A stretch of 64,000 nt of DNA from the human T2T-CHM13v2.0 reference genome, Homo sapiens. Positions 25,305 to 38,500 of this stretch are shown here, in pieces (the stretch's first letter is position 1; the number at the start of each line of letters is the position of its first letter). A model generated the notes under the pieces. The model ran no database searches. It was not told the DNA's origin and saw only the letters and a list, made by a program, of their open reading frames with translations. The stretch lies in the NCBI RefSeq assembly GCF_009914755.1, contig NC_060928.1; one strand, given 5' to 3'. A program made the translations under genes and the position numbers.

Positions 25305-28284
25305 GGCAATTTTTTCAATTACCATTTCAATATCATTGCATGTTATTGGTCTGTTAAGAGTTTCTATTTCTTCCTGATTTAATCCGGGAAGTTTGTGTAT
25401 TTCCAGGAATTTATCCTTCTCCTCTAGGCTTTCTAGTTTATGCATGTAAGGGTGTTCATAGTAGCCTTCAATAATCTTTTGTATTTCTGTGGCATCGGTT
25501 GTAAAATCTCCCATTTCCAGTTGAGCTTATTTGGATCTCTCTTCTTGTCTCACTAATGTTCTATCAATTTTATTTATCTTTTCAAACAACCAGGTTTTCG
25601 TTTCATTTATTGTTTGTGTTTTTTGTTGTTGTTTCAATTTCATTTAATTCTGCTTTGATCTTGGTTATTTCCTTTCTTTTGCTGGGTTAGGGTTTGGTTT
25701 GTTCTCGTTTCTCTAGTTCCTTGAGGTGTGACCTTAGATTGTCTATTTGTGCCCTTTCGTACTTTTTGACATCGGCATTTAAGGCTATAAATTTTCCTCT
25801 TAGCATCACCTTTGCTGTATCCCAGAGGTTTTGACAGGTTGTGTCACTATTATCATTCAGTTCAAATAATTTTTAAATTTCCATCTTGATGTCATTACTG
25901 ACCCAATGATTATTCAGGAGCAGCTTATTTAATTTCCATGTATTTGCATGGTTTTCAGGTTTCCTTTTGGAGTTAATTTCAGATATTATTCCACAGTGGT
26001 CTGAAAGAATACTTGATATTATTTTGATTTACTTAAATTTATTGAGACTTATTTTGTGACCTATTATATGGGCTATCTTGGAAAATGTTGCATGTGCTAA
26101 AGAATAGAATGCATATTCTACAGTAGAATTGGGTAGAATGTTCTATAAATATCTGTTAAGTCCATTTGTTCTAGGGTATAGTTTAAGTCTATTGTTTCTT
26201 TGTTGACTTTCTGTCTTGACCTATCTAGTGTTGTCAGTGGCATGTTAAAGTCCCCCACTATTACTGTGTTGCCATCTATCTCATTCCTTAGGTCTAGTAG
26301 TAATTGTTTCACAAATTTGGGACCTCCAGTGATAGGTAACTATATATTTAGAATTGTGATATTTTCCTGTTGGACTAGTCCTTTTATCATTATATAATAT
26401 CCCTCTTTGTCTTTTTTAACTGCTGTTGCTTTAAAGTTTGTTTGGTCTAAAATAAGAATAGCTACTTCTCCTTGCTTTTGGTGTCCATTTTCATGGAATA
26501 TCTTCTTTCATCCTTTTACCTTAGGTTTACCTGAGTTCTTATGTGTTAGGTGAGTCTCTTGAGGACAGAAGATGGTTGGTGAATTATTATCCATTCTGCC
26601 ATTCTGCATTTTTAAATTGAGTATTTAGGCCATTTAATACATTCAATATTAGTATTGAGTTGTGAGGTGCAGTTCTATTCGTTGTGCTGTTTGTTGCCTG
26701 AATACCTTGTTTTTGTTTTCATTGTGTTATTTTTATAGGTCCTGTGAGATTTACACTTTAAGAAGATTCTATTTTGGTGTATTTTGAAGATTTGTTTCCA
26801 TATTTAGAGCTCCTTTTAGTGGTCCCTGTAGTGCTGTCTTGGTAATGGCAAATTCTCTCAGCATTTGTTTGTCTGAAAAAGGCTGTATCTTTCCTTCACT
26901 TATGAGGCTTAGTTTCACTGAATACAAAATTCTTGGCTGATAATTATTTTGTTTAAGGAGGATAATGATAGGACCCCAATCCCTTCTAGCTTGTAGGGTT
27001 TCTGCTGATAAATCTGCTGTTAATCTGATAGGTTTCCCTCTTTATAGGTTACCTGATGCTTTCACCTCACAGCTCTTAAGAGTCTCTCCTTCATCTTGAC
27101 TTTTGATAACCTGATGACTATGTGCCTAGGCAATGATCTTTCCACAGTGATTTTTTCAGGTGTTCTTTGAGCTTCTTTTATTTGGATATCTAGATCTCTA
27201 GCAAGGCCATGGAAGTCTTCCTCGATGATTCCCTCAAATATGTTTTCCAAACTTTTAGATTTCTATTCTTCCCCAGGAACACAAATTGTTCTTAGGTTTG
27301 GTTGTTTAAAATAATCCCAAACTTCTTTGAGATCTTATTCATTTTTTAAAATTATTTTTTTCTTTGTCTTTGTTGGAGTGGGTTAATTTGGAAGCCTTGT
27401 CTTTGAGCTCTGAAGTTCTTTCTTCTACTTGTTTGATTCTATTCTGAGAATTTCCTGTGTATTTTGCATTTATCTAAGTGTGTCCTTCAACACAATTTCC
27501 AGAAGTTGTGTTTGTTTTTTTATTTATGCTATCTATTTCTCTGGAGATTTTTCCATCCATATCCCGTCACATTTTTAAATTTCTTTAAGTTGGTGTTCAC
27601 TTTTCTCTGGTGCCTCCTTGAGTAGCTTAATCATTCATCTTCTGAATTTTCTCACAATTCAGAGATTTCTTCTTGGTTTGGATCCATTGTTGGTGAGCTT
27701 GTGCGATCTTTGGGGGTTTTAAAGAATATTGTTTTGTCATATTACCAGAATTGTTTTTCTGATTCCTTCTCATTTGGGTAGACTGTGTCAGAGGGAAGAT
27801 CTGGGATTCAAGAGCTGCTGTTTAGATCCTTTGGTCCCATGGGGTGCTCCCTTATGTGGTGCCCTCCCCTTTACCCTCAGGGATGGGGTTTCCTGAGAGC
27901 CAGAGTGCTGTAATTGTTATTTCTCTTCTGGATCTAGCCACCCAGCAAATCTTCCGGGCTTCAGGCTGGTACTGTGGAGTGTCTGCAAAGAGTCCTGTGA
28001 TGTGATCCGTCTTCAAGTCTCTCAGCCATGGGTACCAGCACCTACTCTGGTGGAAGTAGCAGGGGAGTGAAATGGACTCTATGAGGGTCCTTGGTTGTAT
28101 GTTTGTTTAGTGTGCTAGTTTTGTGTTTGTTGGTCTCCAGCCAGGAGATGGCACTTTCAAGACGTCACCAGCTACAGTATTAGGGAGGATACAACCTAGC
28201 CATAGGGTCCCCTGGGTAAGTATTAGGGTTTCTTAAGAAGTAGACAGGGCCACAGAACTCGCAAGAGATTATGTCCTTTGTCTT
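25305..28284 (-). mobile_element. L1PB1-like LINE-1, 5' part (EN domain, ORF1, partial 5'UTR)
   Basis: Continues ORF2 colinearly across the HERV-W insertion (TTDATEIQKII..; VIVGDFNMPLTTLDRS; ORF1 MENIFEGIIEEDF..); ends abruptly inside the 5'UTR at 28284. Confidence 0.9.
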
Positions 28285-30434
28285 AACATTAATCGACAAA
28301 CCACAAGTACTTAGGGTTCTGGTGGTTTAAGGTAAAACTGGAAAATACTGGTCTCTCAAATTTATGTGTACACAATTTTAGGGGTTTATGAAATTCCAAA
28401 GTCAGGAAATTATTACCCTGTAGTATACTAGGACAAATGAATAAAAGATCCAACAACATTTTAACTCATGTATTACAGTAGCTTAAAGGCAACTGGGCAA
28501 ATCTAGAATCAGCAGTTTCTCTCTCTTCTTAGCACAGAGCAAGCAAGATATTCTTTAAGTATTAGGATTTTTAACACTGGCCAGCAACAGTCACTGTGAG
28601 CTAGAGAATATGATGGAATGCAAATTAGATAACAGGTTAGACTTTGTTTATGTAAAAATCAAGATTGGTCATGGCTAACTCTATTTTCAGAAATTGCTTA
28701 GGAAGTTTACCTAGGGGATGTGAATGCTGGAGAGAGTTTTACAACAGTAATTAAGTGGTAGATTCAGATGCTGTCTCTGAGATCATTGGCTCATCAATCA
28801 ACATGCATAGCATTTACTCAGAATTCTATCAGCTTTTATATTGCTTTTGATTTGCTTACTCCACTACACATCGTCTGGTATGTTACTCTTACTTGTTATT
28901 TCCCAAGTGTGACAGACCTGGACATGCCCACTGGACATGACTGCCAGAGAATCTATGATTTTCTATTTGGCACAGGCTGTTATTCTGAACTCCAGAGTCT
29001 CAAATGAAAGTTCTTTAACTTTTTTTTTTCTCAAAGGCTATCATACATGTCCAGACAACAACCACTTATTGCCTAGTTTCAAGGCCTTTACAAATAATGC
29101 AATTCAAGACTTGAGATACCATTTATCAAAATATTGCTTAGTTAAATCTCCTAAGCTGGAGACTTTAATAATGATGTCATAGACCCTAGTGACAACCCTA
29201 GAAAAAAATACCCATCAGACCTGTCTCATAAGCAATTATTTGGCTTGATATTTTCTGTTCTTTAATGACCGATATCAGGTGGAACTTTTAGAGAGCTGGA
29301 GGTTTATGAAGCACAGTGGCTAGATCTCAACGAATGTAGCAAAAAGAATGATAATTATGCTTTGTTTACTATGGACTATCGTATTTGCTAGTCACTAAGT
29401 GCATTATATATTTTATTTCATGTAAACCTTCTAAAGACTCTATGAAGTAGCTGCTATCGTTACTATTATGTCTGTTTTACTTAACCTCTTTTATGCCTCA
29501 GTTTCCACTGAAGCAGATTTGTGATTGGTGGCCATTACATTTCTCAGCTACAATAAAACAAAACATAAAAATGTTGTGTATTATTTGCATGTTGTTTCAA
29601 TTGTTTTGCCTCTACTTAACTTCATTCATTACCTATTAATAAACATTACACTAAATATAGACTTTATTCAGAGGTTTTGTGAAGGACCTAACCTAATAAG
29701 AGAAAAACAGTAAACTTGAAGAAACAAGACTTTTGTAATGTAGGAACAAGTTACTCAATAGGCATATGTGTAGTTCTTCCATTATATAATATTCATCATC
29801 ATTCCATGGTTTTGATGACCACATGGAGAATATTCTCCCCAGAATAAACATCTTGTTATTCATTAAAGACTTCTTCCATCCTCTTACATTTCAGTTCCGT
29901 CACATTTTCTTTTAAATGAAATTTTATTACTTGGTATTGGATAAAAAAGAGTATTACCTGTAAATTTTATACAATTTTTCTTAATTTAATTTCTAAAATT
30001 TATTTAAAATGTCATGAAACTTTATTGAAAATTTTTACTAACTTTCAGCAAAATCATTAAAACCTGGAAAAGAAAAATGCTTCTGCTGTTAAAGCTCCTG
30101 CTGCTTCTTTTATTTTAAAAATTCAGACACCATTTTCTCTCTATAGTATTTTGTTGAAGAGTGGCTTTTAGAGTCCAGCTACCTTCATTTTACCTTGATT
30201 CACTTCTATTGGCTTCTAGAACACAGTGCCTTATGACCCAGAATTCTTCTTCCCCTTGATTTTGGGCAAATGGCTTTCTTAATATATAATTATTAGATTT
30301 TTTTATTGACCACTAACGTTTGATGAATGCTATAGGCAAATTTAACCCAAACTGATTTAAAAAAAAGCAAGCTTAATTTTCTCGCTTCAAATAAGCTTTG
30401 TTTAACTGCAGTATTAGAAGATTTTTTTAAAGTA

Positions 30435-33401
30435 CAGGCATATCTTGAAGATATTCAGGCTCAGTTCTAGACCACTGCAATAAAGTGAATTACAATAAAA
30501 CCAGTCAAATAAATTTTTTGGTTTCTTGGTGCACATAAAAGCAATGTTTACATTATGCTGTAGTCTAGTAAGTGTGCAATAGCATTATGTCTAAATAATG
30601 TTCATACCTTAATTTAAAAATACTTTATTGATAAAAATGCTAATGATCATCTGAGCCTTCAGTGAGTCATAATCTTTTTACTGATGGAGGAGCTTCCTGC
30701 AATGTTGATGGCTGCTGACTGAGCAGGGTGGTGGTGGAAGGTTGGAGTGGCTGTGGCAATTTCTTACAATAAGATAACAATAATATTTGCAACACTGATT
30801 TGACTCTTACACAAAAGATTTCACTGAGGCATGAGTTGCTGCTTTATTCACACTGAAACTTCTTTCAAAATTAGTCAATCTTCTCAAACCCTTGTGGCTA
30901 CTTCATTTATCAACCATGCTTATGTAATATTCTAAATCCTTTGTTGTCATTTCACCAATGTTTGTAGCATCTTTACCAGCAGTAGATTCCATCTCAAGAA
31001 ACCACTCTTTGCTCATCCATAAGAAGCAACTTCTCATCCATTCAAGCTTTATGAGCTTGTAGAAATTTGCCACACCTTCAGGCTTTATTTCCAATTCTAG
31101 TTTTCTTGCCATTTTGACCATATCTGTGGTGACTTTCTACACTGAATCTTTAAACCCTCAAAGTTATCCATTAGAGTTGGAATTGATTCCTTCCAATTTC
31201 CTGTTAATGCTGATATTTTGACCTCCTCCCATGATTCATGAATGTTTAATGGCATCTCAAATGGTGAATATTTTTTAGAAGGTTTTCAATTTACTTTGGC
31301 TAGATTCATGAGAGGAATCACTATCTATGGCATCTATAACTTTAAAAATGTGTTTCTTAAATAATAAGACTTGAAAGTCAAAATTACTCCTTGATCCATG
31401 GGCTACAGATTGGATATTGTGTTAGCAGGCATGAAAATAGCATCAATATTCTTGTACCTTTCCATCACAGATTGTGGGATACAGGGTGCATTTTCCATGA
31501 GCAGTCATATTTTGAAAGGATTCTTTCTTCTGAGCAGTAGATCTCAACACTGGGCTTAAAATATTCAGAAAATCGTATTGTAAACAGACATGCTGTCATC
31601 CAGATTTATTGTTGCATTTCTAGAGCATCGGCAGAGTACATTTAGCATAATTCTTAAGGGTTCTAGAATTTTCAGAATGGTAAATGAGCATTGGCTTCAA
31701 CTTGAAGTCACCAGCTGCATTATCCAGTCCTTTGAAACCAGACACAGACTTCTCCTCTGTAGCTACGGTAGTCCCAGATGGCATCTTCCAATGGAAGGCT
31801 GTTTCACCTACATTGAAAATCTGTTGTGTAGTGTAGCTACCTTCATCAATGATTGCACTGTATCTTTTGGATAACTCAGACGCAGCTTATCCATGAGCAT
31901 TTGTTGCTTCATCTTGCACTTTTATGTTTGGAGATAGCTTGTTTCTTTAAACCTCATAAACCAACCTTTCTAGCTTTCAACTTTTCTTCTGCAGCTTCCT
32001 CACCTCTCTCAGCCATCACAGAATTGAACAGAATTAGGGCCTCATTGTGAATTAGGCTTTGATTTAAGAGAATATTGTGGCTAGTTTGATCTTCCATTCA
32101 GGCCATCTCTTGTCATTCCTGTGATAAGAAGGAATTTAATTTCCTTCAAGAACTTTTAATTTCCTTCAAGAACTTTTTCTTTGCATTCTCAGCTTGGCTA
32201 ACTGGCACAAGATGCCTAGTTTTCAGCCTGTCGTGGCTTTTGATGTGACTTCTTTACTAAGCTTAATCATTTTCCAGTTTTTGATTCAGAGTGAGAGATG
32301 TGAGATTTTTTTCTTTCATTTGAACAGTTAGAGGAGATTGTGAAGTAGCATTGTTCATCTGGGTTAATACAGAGGTTCATTGCCTCATCCCAAGGAAATC
32401 AAGGACATGGATACATGTGGAGTGAGGTTAAGAGTAGAGGTTTAATTGGTGAAAGAGAGAGAAAAGAGAATAGCTCTCTCCCCTGCAGAGAGAGAGAGGG
32501 GCTCCCGAGTGGGTCTTCTGGTTTTGTAGTGAAGTGCACCAGATTTTATAGACTGACTTGAGGAAGTGCTGTCTGATTTACATAGGGCCTAAAGATTGGT
32601 TGGGCCAGGTGTGATGTTTACACAGTGTGTGAAGAAGCTGGCTACTCCACCCTTATCTTATTATGCAAATGGATTTTCTTCTTGGCTAGTGCCATGTTGT
32701 GTGCTCCTTACTGCACAGGTGGTTGGCAAGAAAAACGGAAGATGGAGCCATGATGTTGAACATGCCTAGCCCCCAGGTAGCCTTTTCCTATTGGCACAGA
32801 TGCCAGCATTCACCTGTGCAAGCTTCCAGCTTGCTTATCTATGTCTGCAGCATGCTTTTACAGGCTGCTCTTTGTTAGAAAAGAAATAATTTGGGGGCTG
32901 CTTTTCATTAAAAGGAAAACCTTACCAAGGACTTCCTTATCCTCACTATATGCCTAAATAATTTCTTTTTAACTCATATATCAAGTGCAGAATTATTAAT
33001 AGGCCTACTATCATTATTCTTGTGTCTCAGGCAACAAGCAGGACTGAGGAGAAGGAGAGAGTCAGAGGAATACCAAGTTGGTTAAGCAGTCAGAAGACAA
33101 CATCATGGATTAAGTTCGCTGTCTTGTATGGGTATGGTTTCTGGCACCCAAAAGAATTACAATAGTAACATCAAAGATCTCTGATCACAGATCACCATAA
33201 GGGGTGTAATAATAATGAAAAAGTTGGAACTATTGTGAGATTTCCCAAAATGTGACAAAGACATGAAGTGAGCGCATGCTGTTGGAAAAACGGTGCCAAC
33301 AGGCTTACTTAATGCACAATTGCCAGAAACCTTCCATTTGTAAAAAACACATTATCTATGAATCACAATAAAGTGAGGCACAATAAAATGAGGTGTGACT
33401 G
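30435..33401 (-). mobile_element. Near full-length Tigger1 DNA transposon (decayed), interrupted by an LTR
   Basis: TA|CAGGCATATCTTG..AGACCACTGCAATAAAG at left, CAATAAAATGAGGTGTGACTG at right (TIRs); transposase remnant WFLEMESTAGKDA..EMTTKDLEYYISMVDK; ~2.3 kb without the LTR. Confidence 0.9.
32341..32983 (-). mobile_element. ERV1 MER4-group solo LTR (MER50-like) nested in Tigger1
   Basis: TG...CA termini, 4-bp TSD ATTG/AGTG; Tigger1 resumes colinearly on both sides; subfamily from memory. Confidence 0.75.
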
Positions 33402-36400
33402 CAGTTAGGTGCTCAGTAAGTTATAATACTCCATTTCCTGCAACTTTATTCTGCCTAAATAGCAAAACATTTTAATTATAGGCCTGTAATTACCACCCTC
33501 TCCCTAGGGTAAACATTCCTGCCCAGTTGCAAGAGAATAATCACTTTCAGCAGCTTAGTAGCCGTAATGAACCAAAAGTGCCAATTCTACTTCAAAAGAT
33601 GAACAATTTATTTCCCTTTCATTAACAGTAACAGAGTCAAGAAACAGAGACGTTTTATTGCACTAATTCAATAAGATAAGACTAGGGAATTGCTTAATAT
33701 TATGCCATTTGATTGGTATGATTTGTCCCAGAATATAGTTCTCATTTAAGTCTTCATTTGAATCTGTCATATCTCTTCTTTCATCTCTTCTGACAGTACT
33801 TTAAACCAGGTTAATTCTTTTAACTTGAACTATTGTACAGATAAAACTATTAACTCATTTAAGAGAAAACCATCCAGCAAAAAAAGTTCCCTTATCCTGT
33901 AGTTGTCTGAAAAAAATGTCCATCCAGGGGCTAAATATCCCAGCTCCTCTTGCATCTATGTGGGTTTTAAGAGATTGAGTCTCATCAATGGAACCTGAGG
34001 AAGAATGAAATCTGCCACTTTCCCATTTTGATGGCTTGATGCAGATAAGCACAGCCAATGTACCACTATCTTGAAAGCCAGGTGTTGAAGATAGCAGAGA
34101 GATGAGATTAAAAGAGTTTGAGTTCTGAACCAGTGCTTCACAGAGAAAAATTAATCAGGAAAATACATTTTGGATTTTACGTGAGGGGGAATGAAACTTC
34201 TATTGTTTTAACATTGTAACTTTTAAAGTGAATTTTTATCTTTAGTTAGCACCTACATTTGGATTGTGCTTCAGCTGAAATATCCAATTTAACCTCCTGT
34301 TATTCAGTTATCAAATAGTTACGGAGACCTCCCCAACCTTCTGACACACATACACATGGGAAATAATATTTACAGAGAAATGACTGTACCAGGTACTGAG
34401 GATACATGGAAAAGAAATACTTTTTGAACTCAATGACAATGTACTGCCTTGTTCTCCAAATATCTTCCTCATGGTAAATTTCTCTTTTCCTGGCTTTTCA
34501 TTCTCTTTTTTTCTGTCTGTCAGCAGCAAATGTCTTCCAAGGCTCTGCCTTCTTATTCTCTAGAATGAATCTTTTTACTAAACTATTAATTGCTGTGAAT
34601 AACTTCTAATCCATTTTTCTGGTCATGACCTCTTAGCTCTGTTCTAATTTTTCATTCCAATTATTTACAGGACATCTTCACTTGAATGCCCACCATCATT
34701 AGCTTAGAGGCAGTATAGAATTATGAGTAATCGCATAACAAATAGAAGTTGAAATTGTGATTAAAGTTAAATTTTCTACAGTGCAACAACTATTAATTGA
34801 ACAACCACTAAGCTAATTGTCTTGTCTTTAGACTATTTGTTTCCATCAATATTTTTTCCTGAAAGGAAAGGCAGTGAATCCTAGTTGAAATGAATTCGTG
34901 TGTTTGTTTCACATAAATAAGCTAACAGTGAACTCCTACATATCTTAAGAAGAGTTGTAGGTACAGCAGTTTGAAGGCTTATAACCTTCATCTTTTATTT
35001 TGACATGAAAACTTCAAACACATTTTTACCAAGGAGACCTTTATAAAGTGTTTGCTGACCTAAATCTCTTTCCAAGTTTTTAATAGAACAAGGGCACAAG
35101 AGGCCAATATCTAAGCTTGAAAACAAGCATGTCGTACTTGTTGGAGGAGCTGATGACCTAGTTATTAGGAGCTCTATTTGTATGTGGGTTCCAGAAGATT
35201 GAGAAGATTGTGTGAAAGAGGAGGACTGGACACACTGCAACCTGACAGCTGTTGCCTCCACTGACCCTCTGCTAAGTTTCCTAAGTGATCAGATAGTAGG
35301 AGCCACCCCTTAAGTTGTTTAGTGATGTCAGGACTACATTGATAGAAAACAGTCAAGTCACTCAAGCTTTTGGGTGTATTCTAATTAGGAATCAATGAAG
35401 AGAGATAATTCTAAAATTATCACAATGAAGTATCACTCAAATTAATCTCTTGCTGAGACCCAGGGAATCAGTACCCAGATTCACAGAGAGAGGCAGGGTG
35501 AGGCAAACTAAAAGAGTTAAATGAAAATGGTATATGACTACAGGCATATTAGAAAAAGAGAGCACAGCCTTCCAGGCTTTATGGTTTTGTATATTGCGTT
35601 CATATACACATTCTCCAGCAAGTTGTTCTCTGGAGCATAGCAGAGGAGAAACTGGGACTATAGCAATGTCAACGTGACTGGAAGGCATATATGGATAGGA
35701 GGTTTCGCAGCAAATTGAGAAGTAGGGGTTGGTGTTTAGGACAGGCTTAAAATGAGTTATTCCAGAATCTGTCTACTGAGAAATTTTCTAGCTGCCTTTA
35801 TAATGCCTGCCTGCCTTCCTTCCTTCCTCCCCTCCGTCCTCCTTTTCTTTTATTCCTCCTTTTCTTTTATTCCTCCATTCTTTTACAAGTTTTGTTAAGT
35901 ATGTATGTGCCAGGCACTGTAGTAGGCATTAGCATTTCCTTTCAGGGGCTTACAGTATATTATGGAATTCAGAAATGTAAATCATAAATTACAGAACAGC
36001 ATGGAAAGTGTTAGGACAAGCGTATTCATAGTCTGTGATGTAAATCCAGAGGCAAGGGATCTACCATGGATGGAGAAGTCTAGCTAAACTTCTTTGTAAG
36101 TAGGGGGACTACATTGACTCCTAAGGCCAAGAAGATTAGATGAAAATTGGGTGTTCAAGAGCAGTCCAGGCAAATATGCCAAATAAGTCTAATAATGACT
36201 AGAGTTAGAATGCCATGAGTTAATAAAATATCTGTTTTTCTGCCACTGGAAAAAGACAACTGCTGCGGAGTTTGATTCATATTTCACTTATCACAGAACT
36301 ATGGTCTTGCTGGTGCTTAAGAAAATGGATATGGAGTAGAGAAGTTAAATCCTTAGAATTGTCCAGAGCTGGGGTTTTTCAAAGGCAATAACAATGGAAA

Positions 36401-36670
36401 GAGAATAAGTATAGAGAGATAGAGGGATAATGATAAAATCAGAGGATTTAGGCTAAATAGAGGAGGGAACAAAGTCAGAATCCTGTGAATTTATGATTTC
36501 TTTTTACTACTTTCCTTCATCTAATAGAAAAAACAAGCCATTTTTTTCACTAAACATCAATTAAGTGATGATTATGTGTCAGAGTAAGAGCTAGGACATG
36601 AGGACACCAAAATGAATAAGAAATTGTTCCTTCCTCAAAAGGTTTACAATTTAGTGAAAGGAGACTTAAA

Positions 36671-36821
36671 ATTTTTTTTTATTATACTTTAAGTTCTGGG
36701 ATATATGTGCAGAATGTGCAGGTTTGTTACATAGGTATACAAGTGCCATGGTGGTTTGCTGCACCCATCATATTATTATATGCATCATATTATTATATGC
36801 ATCATCTATATTAGTTATTTC
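36671..36821 (-). mobile_element. Short L1PA7/8-like 3' stub containing a 17-bp tandem duplication
   Basis: TTATTATACTTTAAGTTCTGGG..GCACCCATCA; flanked by AAGGAGAC(T/A)TA (36658 / 36822); CATCATATTATTATATG x2.3 at 36766-36805. Confidence 0.85.
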
Positions 36822-37094
36822 AAGGAGACATATTTAAGCTGGAAGTCAGGAAGCTGGCACCCACCTCTCTTGGTTCTGATGAAGAGACAAATTTTGTGAC
36901 TGGGCTAGGGGAAGGGAAGACCACAGAGGTGGAGACTGACTAGGTAGACCTCCTGCCCTATGCTTTAACCTTTGAACTAGCTTCCCATTTGCCCACCTTC
37001 CCAATACTGTGATAGCTTTTGTTAACTGCATTTGACATATTAATCTGTTAACTTGCTTCTTTTAATTGAGAGTTCAATATAATTTGATACTTTT

Positions 37095-37410
37095 TTAAAA
37101 CATTTTTGTTTTTGAGAAACTTTAGACTTATGGAAAAGTTACAAAGATAGTAAAGAGAGGTTTCATAAACACTTCACCCAAATTTCCCAATGTCAACATT
37201 TGACATACCCATGGTACATTTGTCAAAGTGAAGACATTAATGTTGGTACAATATAGACTTTATTTGGATTCATCAGTTTTGCCACTAACATCATTTTCTG
37301 TCCCAAGATCGAAGCAGGATGCCACTTTACGTTAGTGGTCATGTCTCCTTAGTCTCCTCAAAGTGTGATAGTTTCTCAGTCTCATCTTATTTTTCTTGCC
37401 CTTGACAGCT
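37095..37410 (-). mobile_element. Old L1MB/MC 3'UTR fragment
   Basis: TTTAGACTTA..AAAAGTTACAAAGATAGTA..CATGGTACATTTGTCAAA..GTCATGTCTCCTTAGTCTCC. Confidence 0.65.
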
Positions 37411-37487
37411 TGGCAAGAGTTGTAGGTGTGTTTCCACCATAATTTATGATTATCCATGCCTTTTCTTCCCTGTTATTATCTTGGTAT

Positions 37488-38061
37488 TGTAGAGGAAAAG
37501 GGGGGAAAGCTTCGTTTTTATCCTTTGAATGTTTGCTGAAAATGACCTGACAAAAGGCAGATTAATAGAAGAAAAAGGCATACAAAATTTATTTAATGTG
37601 CAGAGGGTGAGGGTTCATAGCAGTGTGATTACCCAACAACTTAATGGGGTACAGATGCTTATTTACCCTTCACAGGGAACAGGGGAGATGGGGAACATTG
37701 GCAATTCTTTAGAGGGGTAATAAGTGGTTATTAAGAAGAATAAAGGGACCTGGAAGACAGAATTTAACTTGTAAATGATTCTCTTTGGAATCTGAATGAT
37801 CCTGAGAGTCAGGAATTATCTTGTAAGAAAGTCCATCGAGGTGTGGTTGCATTCTTCAGTGTTCTTTTCTGTGATAAACAATGAGATTTCAGGGAGGGAA
37901 CAGAATGCTATTGTGTTCTCTTTGGCTGGTCCACTCTTAAGGTAAATAAGGGGACTATCAGAGATAAGCCTCTTCCAGCATCTGCTGACCTTCACAGGCC
38001 ATTAATTTTAAATTATCAGCATACCATGGTATCTTGGGGTGAAATTCCCTGGGCTCCTTCA
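37488..38061 (-). mobile_element. ERV1 MER4-group solo LTR (MER31/MER67-like)
   Basis: TGT...CA termini; TGACAAAAGGCAGATTAATAGAAGAAAAAGGCATACAAAATTTATT motif; subfamily uncertain. Confidence 0.65.
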
Positions 38062-38062
38062 G

Positions 38063-38500
38063 TGTAAGTTATAAGTAGGTTCAGTTGTATATAACAGAAA
38101 CTCCCTAATAACAGTTAACGGATACATGCATAAAGGGTCAGCAGTTGTGAACTGATATGATTCTGTTTTCAGAAACCCAGGCTTTTACTCTGGGTCTGCC
38201 TTTTCACCTTTAACACTGGCTTCTAACCCTCAAGGTCGCTGATTGTCTAAATTGCTTTTGGAGCTGTAAGAAACGGGAAGGAGAAAGTAGCTATTTGTCC
38301 TGTCTTAAAAGGGCTTTCCTGGAACTCCCACCTAACATGATTATAGCTCATTGGCCAGGACCAGGTCACATGGTCACATTGACTACAAGGGATACTGGGA
38401 AATACTACCTTTCAGCTGAGTTTCTAGCCACCCCAAACAAAATTGGGATTGTCTTTCTAAGGCAGTAGGGAAGGAACATTGCATGGGCAATGAACAGAAT
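38063..38500 (-). mobile_element. Old MLT1 (J/K/L-like) LTR
   Basis: ATAACAGAAA.., CTCATTGGCCAGGACCAGGTCACATGG..ACTACAAGGGA..CTGGGAAAT. Confidence 0.6.
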
